Origin: the human T2T-CHM13v2.0 reference genome, Homo sapiens
Length of the DNA stretch: 64,000 nt
Assembly (NCBI RefSeq): GCF_009914755.1
Contig: NC_060926.1
Strand: one strand, 5' to 3'
In this document: in pieces, positions 41,016 through 54,700 of the stretch
Layout of the letters: each line of letters starts with the position of its first letter
Numbering within the stretch: the stretch's first letter is position 1
Notes under the pieces: generated by a model
Database searches by the model: none
What the model was told of the DNA's origin: nothing
What the model saw: the letters and a program-made list of their open reading frames with translations, nothing else
Made by a program: the position numbers and the translations under genes

Positions 41016-41260
41016 GGTAACTATGTAAAATATGTTAGTTTGTGGTAATCATTACACAGTGTACATGTGTATCAAATTACCATGTCATACATCTTGAATA
41101 TATTCAATTTACGATAGTCAATTATATCTCAATAAAACTGGAAAAAATAAATATAAATAATCTGAAAAACAAGAAAATTAAGTAATATGTCCCTGATTGC
41201 TTAGGTAATAATTGAAAGAACTAGGATTTGTGCCTAGGTGTCTTCCTCAGAGTTTTTTAT
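40770..41260. mobile_element. MIR interrupted by an L1MA/L1MB 3' end (~40925-41160, +) containing (AC)n at 40981-41013
   Basis: MIR gtgaagtaggtgctattatt..ttttaaagat / attaagtaatatgtccc. L1 aatggtaactatgt..gtggtaatcattacacagtgtac..caattatatctcaataaa. Confidence 0.7.
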
Positions 41261-42665
41261 CTTAAAAATTGCACTATGATTATTTATTTAACTTGTGGGA
41301 GATGGCATTATCCATCTGTGTCTCTGAGATAATTCAAACCTTCTAGCCTGGGGCCTTGCACACAAAGTTTTATATTTATAGGCTGTGTCTCTGTATTTAA
41401 ACAACGCAAGGCATACTTACACTCTTTACTAACCAGAAGGCCATGTAGCAGAAAAAAATGTTTTGCCTCCTTTATTTGAATGAATTCAAAATTAGCAAAA
41501 TCTAGTTACCTGTAGAAACAGAAAATTAGAAATATTATAAATTAGGAAGCAACAGTAATGCATCTGCATAGTGCTTCTTAACCCATTTTCAAAGTTATAG
41601 TGATTTTACTTAGGAATTAGTATTCTCAAAAATACTATGCTTTGTCTTTTTGTGTTATTACATATGTTTTTCTTACTATTCATGAGATTTCTCAAGAGGT
41701 ATGCTTTCATAAACTGTGAATCAAACAATACCTATTGTGTAATGCTGAGATGGACAGCAGTTATGCCTTTATTGCTTTTCAGAGTGTATTATTTGGGGAT
41801 TAAAGTGGAAGAAATCCAGATGGCTGCAATAATTTTGTCTTGGGTAATTCTTCACTTGTTCAGTAGACATTACTGATACATAATATTGAAAGCCAACTTT
41901 TAAAAGAAGTTTGGAACCATCTCTACCAAAGGGAATTCTGCCATAGCTAGTTCACTATCCCAGAGAAAACAAGATGTGATCACAACATGTTCTGTCTTAC
42001 TTACTGGTTCTTTCATTTGCTTGGGATGCATGCAGTTCTAAATATTACTTATTACTAATTCAACCAACGAAGCAAATATATAGCAGAGACTGGACATTAA
42101 AAATTTTTAGGTAAATATTTTGGATATATATAGTTTTACATCTTCTTATTTATTTAATCAATTCAAATGGAAATTGAACCCCAGGTTAAAACCTTCAAGG
42201 TAGCAACTTTCAGAATTTGTGTATATCTCAAGCGGAAATCGGTGTCTTCTTTGAGGCTCGTATTTTGTGAGATATATCTGAAATTCTGGCTTCAACAAGG
42301 ATGTGTAAACATTATTGTAAGTGACAAACACTCTTTTCAAATACAGACTGCCTCTTGTTCTTTGTGTATATCCAGCATCTAAATCAGTACCTGGCACAGA
42401 ACAGGCAAATGATACATATCTGTAGAGTGAATGAATTAAACAATAATAATATTTGTCTCTGTTGGATAGTTTGTTTTTTTTCCATGTAGAAAAATTTTAT
42501 TTTTTTATTTTTATTATTTTATTTTATTTTAATATTTGTTGCAGTGTCTACTTTTTTTCTGGGCTCTGTATTCTGTTGTATTCGTCTGTGTGTCTGTTTT
42601 TTTGCCAGCACCATACTGTTTTTTAAAAAATCAACTTACTTTAAATTGACAAATAAAAAATTATA

Positions 42666-43145
42666 CAGCGGTCCCCCCCTTATCTGTAGGGAATACATTC
42701 CAAGACCTACAGTAAATACCTGTAACCTCAGAAAGTGCTGAACCCTATACACACCATGTATTTTAATACTGTAAATATATAACTACAGTAAAGTTTAAAT
42801 TATAATTCAGACAAAATGATAGATTAATAACAATAATAATAAAATAGAAGAATTAAGTAAAATAAGGGTTACTTGAACATAAGCACTAGTAACCTAGACT
42901 ACTAACTGACTGACATTCAGGTAGCGTATACTTTGTAGGTATGCTGCGCAAAGGAATGATTTGCATCCTGGGCAGGTAGGAGTTGGGGGGCAAGAGATTT
43001 CATCACTACTCAAAATGGCACGCAATTTAAAACATATACATTGTTTATTTATGGAAGTTTCCATTTAATATTTTGGACCATGGTTGACCTAACTAAGGCA
43101 ACTGAAACCATGGAAAGCAAAACCATGGATAAGGGGGAACTACTG
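42666..43145. mobile_element. MER44B-like (Tigger7 family) element inserted in an L1MA 3' end
   Basis: TIRs cagcggtccccccttatc ... gataagggggaactactg flanked by a TA TSD. L1MA motifs aattgacaaataaaaaattata|tacatttatggtgtacaacatg lie on either side. Confidence 0.85.
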
Positions 43146-46044
43146 TATACATTTATGGTGTACAACATGATATCCTGAAATATGTATACATGTTGAAGGG
43201 CTAAATCATATTAATTGACATATATATTTTGTCATACAGTCACAGTGTATGTTTAATATATACATATCTCCCACTGGTCATCAGTGAAAATAGCATAAAT
43301 CTCAAATTATCTAAATCTGACTTTACCGAGGCAAAGAGCAAAAACTTGAATTTCAACAGGATATAGGATGGTGAGGTATGTGTTTTTACTTGGAAGAAAT
43401 CCTGAAATTGTATAAAGGGAGTATTTAGATTTGATTTAATAAGCCATTATCAACATTGGAGACAGTGAAATCTGAATATTGTTTTTGGATTTGGATGCAG
43501 AATATGAATTGTTCCAGAGAATGTGGAAGCAGAATATGGAAGCAAAAAAGACAAAAACACCTGTCTGTAGATATGGGCTAATTGTTTAATAAAGGGGAAA
43601 ATAAACATATATTTCAATTGTACGCAATAACCTTGGAATTAATTTAAACAATGACCGCTCAACTTATTTTAAGTTTCGGGGTGTAATAATTCACTACGCT
43701 TTTCACTGATTCCAAGACAAGACAAAGAAGTGACAAATAATTGGAGATCAGCTCAGTATAAGTAGGGGTCATAAGAGAATCTAAGCTATTGCTTGGGAGT
43801 GGGTACAGTAACCTCAGAGCAGAGGGCAATCTTGGTGGAGCAAGAATTTAATAAATGTGGGTTAGAAGCCAAGAGAAGAAGCACCTGTTATATTTTCTTT
43901 CCAACTTTAATTATTTATAATTCCTTAAATACTTATCCATATTGAATTAGAATTAGAATAGTCAAAAACCCGAGATCATGCTCACTGAAGGTGACGCTAG
44001 AAAATACAAAGTAATGATGACCTGTAAAGTTAAATGCTGAGGATAAAAAGAGAGTTTTGTTTTGGACCGTGTAGATCTTCCCAGCGTGTCAGCATTCTAT
44101 ACTTTGAAGTAGTGAGGTTTCTAGAGCTCTGGGCATGCCATAATTAATTTACTAGAGCAAAAGCACACCGAAAGCCAAGCAAAAGATTTTTGAACTGGCC
44201 GATTTTTTATTTTTTATTTTTGCCTTATTTACCACTCCTCCTTTCCATGTTTATTTCATCATCACAAACTACCAGTTTATTAACCAAAACATTCCCTCAT
44301 TGTTATGTGTATTGATTTTATGGTACATGTCCAAAGAAAAAAAAATAAAGCTTCTTAATAAATAAGCTCCCTGAAACCCAATGCTGCAGGTAATTATATT
44401 TGTTCTAATGCATTCTTCTTATGTTAAATATTCTCATTGTTTTCGATATAAATTTTTATTTGTTTTCATTTGAAAGCCTGTTCAACACATTTTCTTCACG
44501 GCTTTTGAAATATTGACAAATTCTCAACATATATCATTTTGGACTGTCACGGATGAACCACCCTCTTTCTCAGAAGTTGGCAAAATCTACTTTTGTCTGA
44601 TCAGCCAAATTGGCTGTATTGCTGCCTCTTAACCCTGCCTTTTAACAAGTGCCAAGACACTTTGCGGGAAAATTGCAAATGGGAGAAACATGAGCATTTG
44701 TTGAGACTCTCTCTACTATCTGATTAGGAGATTATGTTACTTGTCCTTTTTGGAGTAGAATTCTCCTTATAAAAATTTTCCCTATCCAGTGATTTTTCAA
44801 TGTCCCCAGGAGAATTCCTGGGAAGTTAAACCTGAGAATGCTGTTCCAGAATCTTCCTGAAGTCCAGGACTTTTTAGAGTAGTTGAATAAAAAATAACAT
44901 GCCAGAGTACATACTTTGGTTATTCAGAACAACACAATCCATAAAAACAGAAAGAAATATAGTAAAACATTTCTTTATGTACCTATTCACCTTTTGAAGT
45001 GCAGTGATTAATTTATCTTAGCAAATGAGTCTTATAAGTGTAACTTGTCTTTACTTTTCTCTCTCAACATTCTGTCCTGTGAAATCTTGTTAAGACACTC
45101 ATGGGCTCCACTGTCACCCATGTGGAAAATATTTCTACATTTATCTTTCTTGTCATGGCAACATTTTCTAGTCCAGTCTTTGTGATATTTTAAAGCCATA
45201 TAATGGAATTTAATAATAGCCACTGCATTATTTTTACATAATACTTTTAACCTTTAAAACACTTTTACCTTAGATTTGTTTTATATTAGAATAATGTCTT
45301 ATGATACTAAAATCATGTTAATTTGCTATTCTGGCACTAGAATGTATTAAATGGAATTCTAACCAAATTATCTATGTTAGAAATAGTTATTTTTCACATG
45401 AAGAAAGTATTGATTCTTGCTTTAAATTTCTTGTTCAATATCTGGAATATTGTTTGTAGTCCATGATACTACACTGTAAGAGGAACAAATGGAAGCTATC
45501 TGGATTATAAACATTCCTGCAAAGCAATAATATGAACAGTAGCTGAGAATGGTTAACTGGATAAAAGGAACAATTTGGAGTTCTGTGTGGTTCTACAAGA
45601 AGTAATACCAATAGATTGAAGTTAAAGTGAGATGGAATTAAGTACAATTTAAGGAATACATTTTTTTATGCATGCTTGTATCCATGGCTCCTAGAGTGGT
45701 ATCTGGCAAATGGCTAGCTCACAGGAAATGTTTGTCATTGTAGATGATCAAAGATGAATATATCAAGCTTTCTCTAAAAGGAGTGAGTTTATTGTCACTG
45801 CATATATCAGGCAGAGGTTGTATAAACAAACTTTCATTGAAAATGTTGTAGAAAGAAATCCTGCATTGGGAGTGAGCTTGCACTACATGCATCACCTCTT
45901 AGTTTCTTTCCATATTTATGTATGTATAATTGTATAAATTCTTATCCCTATTGAACAGCCTTATGTTGGTGTCTCTATGCTATGTCTAACACTTAACAAG
46001 GTAAAAGTTTTCCTTTTAATATGAAGGTCTTTCTCCCTTTTTTA

Positions 46045-47053
46045 CAGTTGTGCTTTTCACTCCCTCAAAATAGTAGGCTACTAATAGTCCACTGTTAACC
46101 AGAAGTCTTATCGATAACATAAGCAGTCAATTAAGACATCTTTTATATATGCATTATATACTATATTCTTACAATAAAGTAAGCTAAAGAAAAGAAAATG
46201 CTGCTAAGAAAATCATAAGGAAGAGAAAATACATCTACAATACCTCAGTGTATTTATTAATACCATAAGTTTATATAATCCATTTATAAGATGAATTTTC
46301 TGTCTGAAATGTGGGGCAACTACAGCTGCAGACCTCAGCTTACTATACATATGAAGCAATTCAACTTTTTCTTGTGATATCATGACTTTTCTCTGCTTCT
46401 TGGAAGCGCTTTCAGCATCACTAGTGGCACTTCATCTGGGTCCCATGATATTACTCAAGGCTTACGGTTTTGCCCTAAACATGATGAAAAATAAGCAAGA
46501 TCACTTTTTACTATGATACATAATTTACTGGAGAGATGAACTGCTCATGAGGAGATGATTACTGTCATTTTAAGCAGATACTTGCAACACAAGCTCATTG
46601 TAATAGAACAGAGATTATGAAATTATTATAGCAGTGCAGTATGTACTTCAGTTCATTTTATGCAGTTGTGATTTAATACTGCATCTTTACATTTGTTTAC
46701 ATTTCTCTCAACTGCTAATGGTATCATGTAGCTGTGTAGGGGTGTGTGTGCAATTTTTAATACATTTTAACTTTTTATGGGATTGATGTGCTACCTACTG
46801 CGCTAATGGGGAACCTAAATTTTAACATTTTATAGTAGATCTGTGTATATTTTATTGTAGTACATTATAAAATAGTATATATATTTTATGCATTCATAAC
46901 ATACCTTTTTCTTAAGTTTTTCTATATTTCCAGGCTACACAGTTTATCTTTAAATTGTTCAAATCTCCAAAAATATTTCCAATATATTTATTGAAAAAAT
47001 AATCCATAGATAAGTGGACCCATGCAGTTCAAACCTGTGTTCAAGGATCAAGT
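46045..47053. mobile_element. Tigger2-family DNA transposon relic
   Basis: actaatagtccactgttaaccagaagtcttatcgataacata..ttacaataaagtaagcta..aagtggacccatgcagttcaaacctgtgttcaagga. Confidence 0.85.
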
Positions 47054-47059
47054 ATATAT

Positions 47060-47150
47060 AGGAAAATGATTGACTTTTGTATATTAAACTTATATGCTGC
47101 AACTTTGCTGTATTGCTCCTTTATTCCAGGAGTTTTACAAAATTCTTTTG
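47060..47150 (-). mobile_element. L1M ORF2 fragment
   Basis: attgacttttgtatattaa..tatgctgcaactttgctg, antisense RT region. Confidence 0.6.
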
Positions 47151-47229
47151 AATTTTAGTTTGTTTCAGTTTTATTGAGATAAAACTATATATATAGATCT
47201 ATAACTATATATATATAATTTATATATAC

Positions 47230-47453
47230 ATGAACCTGCCTTGCAAAGCATGTTAAAAGAAAATCTTTATATATATATAAAATTATAGATCTATACATAT
47301 AGATCTATAACTATAGATAAAATTGATATATAAATCTATATATAACTATAGATACCTATAGATCTATAGATATATAGCATTTTATATATATATATAAAAT
47401 AGATATATATATATAAAGATTTTCTTTTAACATGCCTTGCAAGGCAGATTCAT
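47230..47453. repeat. 50-bp inverted repeat around an AT-rich palindromic spacer
   Basis: 47230-47279 is the reverse complement of 47404-47453 at 48/50 positions. Confidence 0.93.
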
Positions 47454-49200
47454 TGGCAACAAATTTCCTAAATTTTTGCTTGTTTAAGAAAGTCTTATTT
47501 TTTTCTTTACTTTTGGGGGATAATTTCACCAGCCTCAAAATTCTAGGTTGGTGATTTCGTTCTCCTAATACTTCAAATGTTTCAGTTCACTCTCTTCTTG
47601 GCTGTACGGTTTCTGAGGAGGAGTTGGATACGGTTCTTACCTTTGCTCCTCTGTAAATAAGATGTTTTTCTCCTCTGGCTTCTTTCAAGATTTTCTTTTT
47701 TCTGTTTGATTTTCTATCTAGGTATAACATACCTAGGTATAGTTATTTATTTATTTATTTAGGCATTTATGCTACTGGTCTTTTCTCACGTTCCTAGATC
47801 TGGAACGTGATCTGGTTTGATGTCTGACATTAATTTGGGGGAAATTAGTAATCATTGTTTCAAATATTTCTTATGTTTCTCTCTCTTTTTCTCTTATCCT
47901 GGTATTCCCATTGTACATGTTACACCTTCTGTAGTGTCTCAACAGTCCTTGGAAATTCTGTCTTGGTGTTTTATTTAAGTCTTTGTTCTCTTTGTTTTTC
48001 AGTTTTAGAGATTCTATTGATATATCCCCAAGCTCAGAGATTCTTCCTCAGCAGTATTCAGTCTAGTAATAAGCCCATCAAATATATATTTTTTTTATGT
48101 TATGGTGTTCTTGATATCTTAACATTTCTTTTGTTCTTTCTTGAATGTCCATCTCTCTGCTTTGAGCATCCATTATTTCTTGCATGCTGTCTACTTTCTC
48201 CATTAGTGGCCTTGGTATATTAATCATAGTTGTTCTAAATTCCTGCTTTGAAAACTCCAACTTTCCTCATTTGATAATTTTCCTGCTTTTATAATTCCAA
48301 CACTCCTGTCATATTTGAGTCTGCTTCTGTCATATCTGACTCTGTCTTCTCAAATTATGTTTATTGCCTTCTTGTATGTCTTGTAACTTTTTCTTGATAA
48401 CTGGGCATGAATCTTTGAATACAAGGAACTCTGTAAATAGGCCTTTACCTGGTTCTTTAAATAGGTCTTTAGTGATGTGGTGGTAAGGTTTTTGGGGAGG
48501 ATAAGCATTCCATAGTTCTATGATTAGGTCTCAGTCTTAGTGGGCCTATGCTTCTGGACTGTGAATTTCATAAGTGCTTCTCAGTATACACATCACTCTT
48601 CCTTTGGTAAGACAAAATAGCTAGAATGGGCTGGAGTTGGTTATTTTTCTTCCTTCAGGTCTGTTAGGCTCCCATAAAACCCCAGCTGGTAAGGCTCTGC
48701 TTACACAGTTTCTCCTAAGGGTAGACTTTGTTAAGAAGAACGAAATGCTTGAATATATTTTAAATGGTAACTTTTCCCCATTCTCCTTTTGAAAGCATCG
48801 GGAACTTTTCTCTGATTTTTATTGTGAGAACCTGGATGAGGTTCTAGAAGTAAAACTAAGAAAAGTAGGGAGATCCCCCAAGACTGGGTGCCCCTAGAGT
48901 TTTTGACTTTTAGGCTTGTCCCCCAATTTGCCTCTGGCAATGTATTAATTACAGTTTGGGATTTTCTACCTGTCAATGATTCCTATGGAGGCTTCTACTC
49001 CAGTAATTGGTGATTCTCTGTACTCATATGTCTGTTTCTCCCATTTGGGGGACAAGAGTTTGCCCTGTGATCTGAGTTTCTTGTGGATCTAAGAAGAGTT
49101 GTTGACTTTTTTTTTTTTTAAGTTTGTTCAGCTTTTTACTTGTTTGGCTAAAGTGGCAACTTGCAAGCTCCTTATTTCCTAGACCAGAAACTAAAAGTCT
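47420..49200 (-). mobile_element. Old L1M (MC/MD-like) ORF1 and 5' region
   Basis: ggcaacaaatttcc..gaaagtcttatttt..aattctaggttgg..tgtctgacattaatttggggga. ORF 48078-48260 (KVDSMQEIMDAQSREMDI) resembles the old L1 ORF1 coiled coil. Confidence 0.75.
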
Positions 49201-50599
49201 GCCTGTGATTTTTCAAAGTCCTCAGAATATGTCAGTTTGGTGATGTTTTCTTCTCATGTTGGACCAGAAAATATTATTTTCCTTTTCAAAATATACTACT
49301 ACTCCTGGTAAAAATCAACTCATTTTTCAAAAAAACAATAAATTTAACACATTTTCTGTATTGTGGGATAACTTTCTAGTCCAAGTCAGTATCTCATAGT
49401 CTTCAGAGGATTCATTATTGGATTGTTGCTTGTTTGACAAATCACATGAAAACGATATTATCATAGTGTGTGTATTTTTTAAAATTTTAACTGTTGCATT
49501 TTTATCATCTTCTTTTGTAACTTTTTCTGTTGTTGAGGTAAAAAAAGTTTATAAACATATATTTCATTTAAAAGGTGCTAAATAAATGCTATTTTTAATT
49601 GGTTTCCTCTAAAGAGCTGTTTGCCAGTAGGTAAGATTAGTATGCTATATCTTATGAGTTGAAATCTAAATGAGAAACTAAGGTGATTTCTTCTTATTTT
49701 TTAAGCTTCTCTGAGTAATTCCAGTTGCTGTTTTTGCAAACTAGAGATAACTTTTTAAAATATGAAAAAAATAAGAAAGTGCTTTAAGTATCTATTAATA
49801 CACAACACAACTTTGTCAATTGAAGCAATTGCCCATTTAGTTTCAAAGTTGCAGAGGAGTAAAGCTGTAAATCAGTGGGAACTATCATTACCAGCAAATC
49901 TAGAAACATTTAGTGAGCATTTGGTAACCACTAAGATATAGTAATCACCGCCATGGTATTCATGGTATATTGGTTCTCTGGGCTCCTGTCACTATTCTGT
50001 TCTTGGGGTACCCAGATACAAATCTCATGGTGACTTGTACTTACATTCTTGAAAATGCCCTCAATCTATTGACAAAATAAAAAATAAAAATTAAAAAAAG
50101 AAGGGTGATGTTTTAGAAATTTAGATAATGGCATATTATGCAACAATATTTGGCAATTTAGTGATTCTTAAATGTTCGAGGAGGAAAAAACTTTTTTTGT
50201 TGTTTCTCTTCTCACCTTCTCAGATTTTTCAAATCTTTCTTGTCTAATGACAGTTGCCTAGATATCTCTTGAGATGATAAAAAATGTCCTCAAATAATAT
50301 TTTAGTATATTCTCAATGAAATATAAAATAAGAACAAATTATATTATTTTATGATTTTAAGAATTATTTATTCATTAATCCAGTTATCAGATATTTGTAG
50401 AAGACCAAATAATGCTAGGAACTGTCTATCATTTTGTAATGGGATACAAAGATTAAGGTGAACAGCTCTTGCTCTATAATATAGCTTGGAGAGGGAAAAA
50501 ATTAAACCCATAATTATAATAAATAACAAATTACTATAATATAGATCATAATGAATATGAAGAAGAACATTCATTTCATTGCCTAAACACTGACATACT

Positions 50600-51760
50600 A
50601 AATGATATTTCAGAGATGCTCATGTGTTTGGCAAGAAAACTGTAGGAAGGCGGTCTAGGCATGTGAAAAGACTGTGAACTCGAAAAAACAAGAGACTTTT
50701 AAGAAACTACAGATAGTTCAACCTGGCAAAAGAACAGTATGTGTTTGTGTGTGTGTCTGTGGGGGTTATGGGTGTGTGTGTGTGTGTCTGTGTGCATAAT
50801 AAAAAGAAATGAGACTGTAAAGGTGGGTAGAAGGAATATGATCACTTAAGCCCTGTTTTACATTTCTTAGGATCTGAGGTTTATTGAAATAGAGACATTA
50901 CCAGATTTTAAGTAGAAGAAATATAATCAGATTTGTTCTTTTGGGAAGATTGCCCTGGTTTCAGTATGCTTGGGTTGAAGCATACTGTGTGGAAATGGGT
51001 ATTGGAAGCATATTATGTGGAATTGGGAGTCGTAAGGCAAATTAATAGCCATAGAACAAGTTGATAAAAGTCTATACTATGTTACTGGTAATGGGAATGT
51101 GGGCCATGGGAGGTTCCAGATTTGAAAGATGTTTAGGAGGTAGATGACAGACATTTAAGAGCAATAAATGAAGGTGATGAAGAAAAGGAAGTGATATATA
51201 TTTCTGGCCTGGGAAAATGGATGCCATAAAATGCTGTTACCTTCACAAGCAATGAAGAACAAGAAACTAAATTTAGGGAAGAAGGTAAGTAATTCAATTT
51301 TTGGCATACTGAGCTTCAGGTGTTTGAGGGACAATTGGGTGGACATATCCAGAAGGCAGTTATGTATATGTTTCTAGATCAAAGAAGTAGTTCTTGGATA
51401 GAGTTATAAAAATCATTGAAGAATGTGTGGCAGTTGAAATCATCATGGTGTGCATTGAGAAGAAAAATTGTGCAAGGTTGGCACTGTGAATAGCATTAAA
51501 AGTTGAAGTAAAAAACAAAAAGCATGTCGCTAAAAAGGAGTAGTCATGACAATAGGAAAAAATAAGAAAAAGTAGTGTCATGGAAGCCATGAGTGAAAGA
51601 GATATCCAAGATTTATTTAGGAGTAGTCAATATGAGATGTTGTATTCAGCTCTAGGAGCATAAAAATGGAAATAAATCTACTGGATTTATCATGTAAAAG
51701 GTTGTTAGTGTCTCTAACAAAAAAAAATATTACAATGGTGGTAGAAGCCAAAGTCACATT
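50600..51760 (-). mobile_element. L2
   Basis: gaagattgccctgg..gatgtttaggaggtaga..ggcctgggaaaatggatg..ttttggcatactgagctt..aggcagttatgtatatg. Confidence 0.7.
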
Positions 51761-54700
51761 CTGAAAATTCCATAAGCTAAGTGTAATAGAGTCCTAACAA
51801 ATTTATAAAATGATATAATATTTTAAAATATTTGTTATTTTTCTTTTTCTTTGCTACATCAGAAAACCAAAATAGCCAGAGGTACAGCTAATGCTTTGAT
51901 GAAGGTATTTTATCCTTTATTACTCTTTTTTTTAAAGTAATAGCACCTAATTTAACTAGACTTTACTTTCCCAGCTTTGGACTAAGACAGTAACTTTTAT
52001 TTCTGTTTCTAAGTGGTCAATAAATCTAAAGTAGAAGTGGAAGCCAAGCATAATGCACCATTGTTTATTTCTAACTAAATGCATTTGGTTTCTTAGTTCT
52101 TTTTGTTTTATACTTGGAGAACAAATTTTAATAATTTTTTCAATTAAAGATGGTTGGTGCTCTTACACTTTTCAAAACTGAAAGCATAACTAAGTCCAGA
52201 TGAATTATTATAAGGAAAGGAACTATTTTACTCTGTGACAGCCTTGGAACATATTAGAAAGATTTTGAATACAGTGATGTCTATTAATTGACTTTAAAGT
52301 CAACATTAAAAAATAAAAGCAGGGAACAATTTGTGGGTAAGAAGAGAGGTTTATGAGAATTTATGGAAAAACTATGATCTAATTCGAGTCTTTGTATATA
52401 AAAAGTTTTATTTTTATCTATGGTGTTTGCTATAAAATTTTTGTTACAATATATTTTAAATAAAAACTAGTGATCATTAAAATAAAAGTTTTTGAATGAT
52501 ATAGCATATAAATTCTTTCAGGCAGTGACCAAATTCTCAAATAAGTTTAAATTTAAATTTATTATTTTACTTGCTCTCTCTTCCCTCAACTATGCAAATA
52601 TTATTTTATAAAATAATGTATTTAGGAATGCAATAATATAGATTTGATTAGAATTGTAGTTTTTGCTTGTGCACTGGATTCGTTTTTGATTTTTTTAAAA
52701 GTCACCCTGTTTAATAAAAGTGCTTCTACAATTTGTGTCTAATTTGAACATGACTACTGAGAGACTGTATTTTATTTCCTAGTAGAGTTTCCATCAGGCA
52801 GTGAACAAAGAGAAAATAATAGATGTTTTTTAGGAAGGAAAACAAAACAATGTTCTTCTTGGTCAATGGAAGTACGTCTCTTGGGTAATAATGGGTGCAA
52901 ATTATGTACTGAAACTCATCATAAAACCTTCAAAAGCAAACTAAAAAGGCATATAGAGCAGTAATTTTAAAAATCAAAATATGTTCTAAAATATTTTTAT
53001 AACTTAGATTGAACAGTTTGTACTGTGGAAACACATTTAATGTTCTTTCTTTTTAGGGTTTAACTATTGGTCAGGAAAATTAATGTTTAATGTCACAGAA
53101 AAGACATTCCATTTCTAAAATGATTGTTAATTCATAACATGGCCACTTTATTTGCAGAACTTAAATATAGTAAAACATGGTCTAAAACTTGAACCTAGAA
53201 TAAAACCAAAGAAATTACAAATTATTTCTCCTTATATATATTTTTTATTTTGTAATATTATTTTTCTCTCTCTGTAAGATATAATGACAGATTAAATATC
53301 TTTCTCAGGTAATGATTTTCATTTAGTTAACAAATGTTTACTAAGCCCTTCCTATGTGGTAGGCATTCTAAGTACAGAATGAATCGAGAAACATGGAAAA
53401 CAGCAGTGAACCAAAGAAACACAATAAATATCAGAATAATTATAACATTTCACATTAATAATATTCAGTACCATCTGCCCTAGGCAATGCATTTTAAATG
53501 TAAATATTTTAGATACAGGTTGGTAGAAAGTTGAACTCTGCCAACTGTATTATATAAAATGAGAAAGCTTTACAGGATTGCTACAATAAGCGCCTCTCAT
53601 GTGTCTATTTCTATTGTCATCTGAAAAGGAAATTTAAAAAGAACTAAAAAAAATAGATCAATCTGTATTTAAAGAACAAAATAAACAATGGAATCAATGG
53701 CTGTTCTGACTGTCAATGCTGTCAAATGATTTTTTTTTCCACCTACACTCAAAATAAGCAGTTCTCTCCTGTGTAGGGGGTTGCAGAAAAATAGTTTTGC
53801 CACCGACTCACTGTTGGATAACTGAGGGAAGAAAAGCCAGAAAACTTCAAGGAGTCCTTAGCATACTAAATAAATTATTTTAAATTTTTCAAAACGTGTT
53901 TTTTTTCTTTCACTAATTCCTTCATTTATACGTTCTCTCTATGAGAGATGTGCTGATGTAGCAGGAATATTTTTAAACAAAGAAGTTCAGGAAATCCAAA
54001 GAATTAAAGGTACAATCTTCCCAGCTCATGTTTATTTGCTTGCTTCTTTTGACAAGTTCTCAAAAGCACTCTTACCATCACATAATTTATAGTGTTATAT
54101 TTGCCATGGGCTATTATTGAGATAGCTGGACCATCCTCAGTTTATTCATAAACTGCTCTTCTTTGATGCAGAGTCAAAAGAAGAGATCAATTTGCACATT
54201 TACTGCAATTAAGAAAAATAATTATCCTTTGACTCCCAATTAGAAGGCCTGGCCTTAATGAGATTGATAGGATCATTTTAGAGATTGTCTACATTTGATT
54301 GCAAGCAATAGAAAATAACCCAGGCATCTTATCCAAAACTCAAAGGAAATTATTAAGAGGATACTGGGTTATTCAATAGGATCCAAGGGAAATTTAAGCA
54401 ACTAGATTTTAGGAATAGCAAAAACCGGAACAGTGCTATGACTCTTAGAAACCATAAGATACTCTACAGTTTCTTATAGGAGGGCCATGGGGTGTGGACC
54501 TGAAAAGAACACTAAATATCGAAATGCTTTTTCGTTGCTTCATGCTCAGAGTCTATCCTACTAGTATACCAAGTAACTTTTCAAGGCATTTCTCCTTTCA
54601 GGCCAATTTCTCTTTCAGACCCAGATTGTAAAATTGACACACTAAAAATGGTTACTATAAAGGTAAGGAATGATAAATCCAAGAAAAGAAAGTCAAAGGA

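Noticed and set aside
42158-42397. Overlapping antiparallel ORFs (71 and 79 aa)
   Set aside because: No recognisable domain or splice context, and the ORFs run into an L2 3' end.
47230-47453. Inverted repeat read as a MITE or miRNA hairpin
   Set aside because: The right arm continues directly into L1 sequence, no TSD is present, and the spacer is low-complexity AT.
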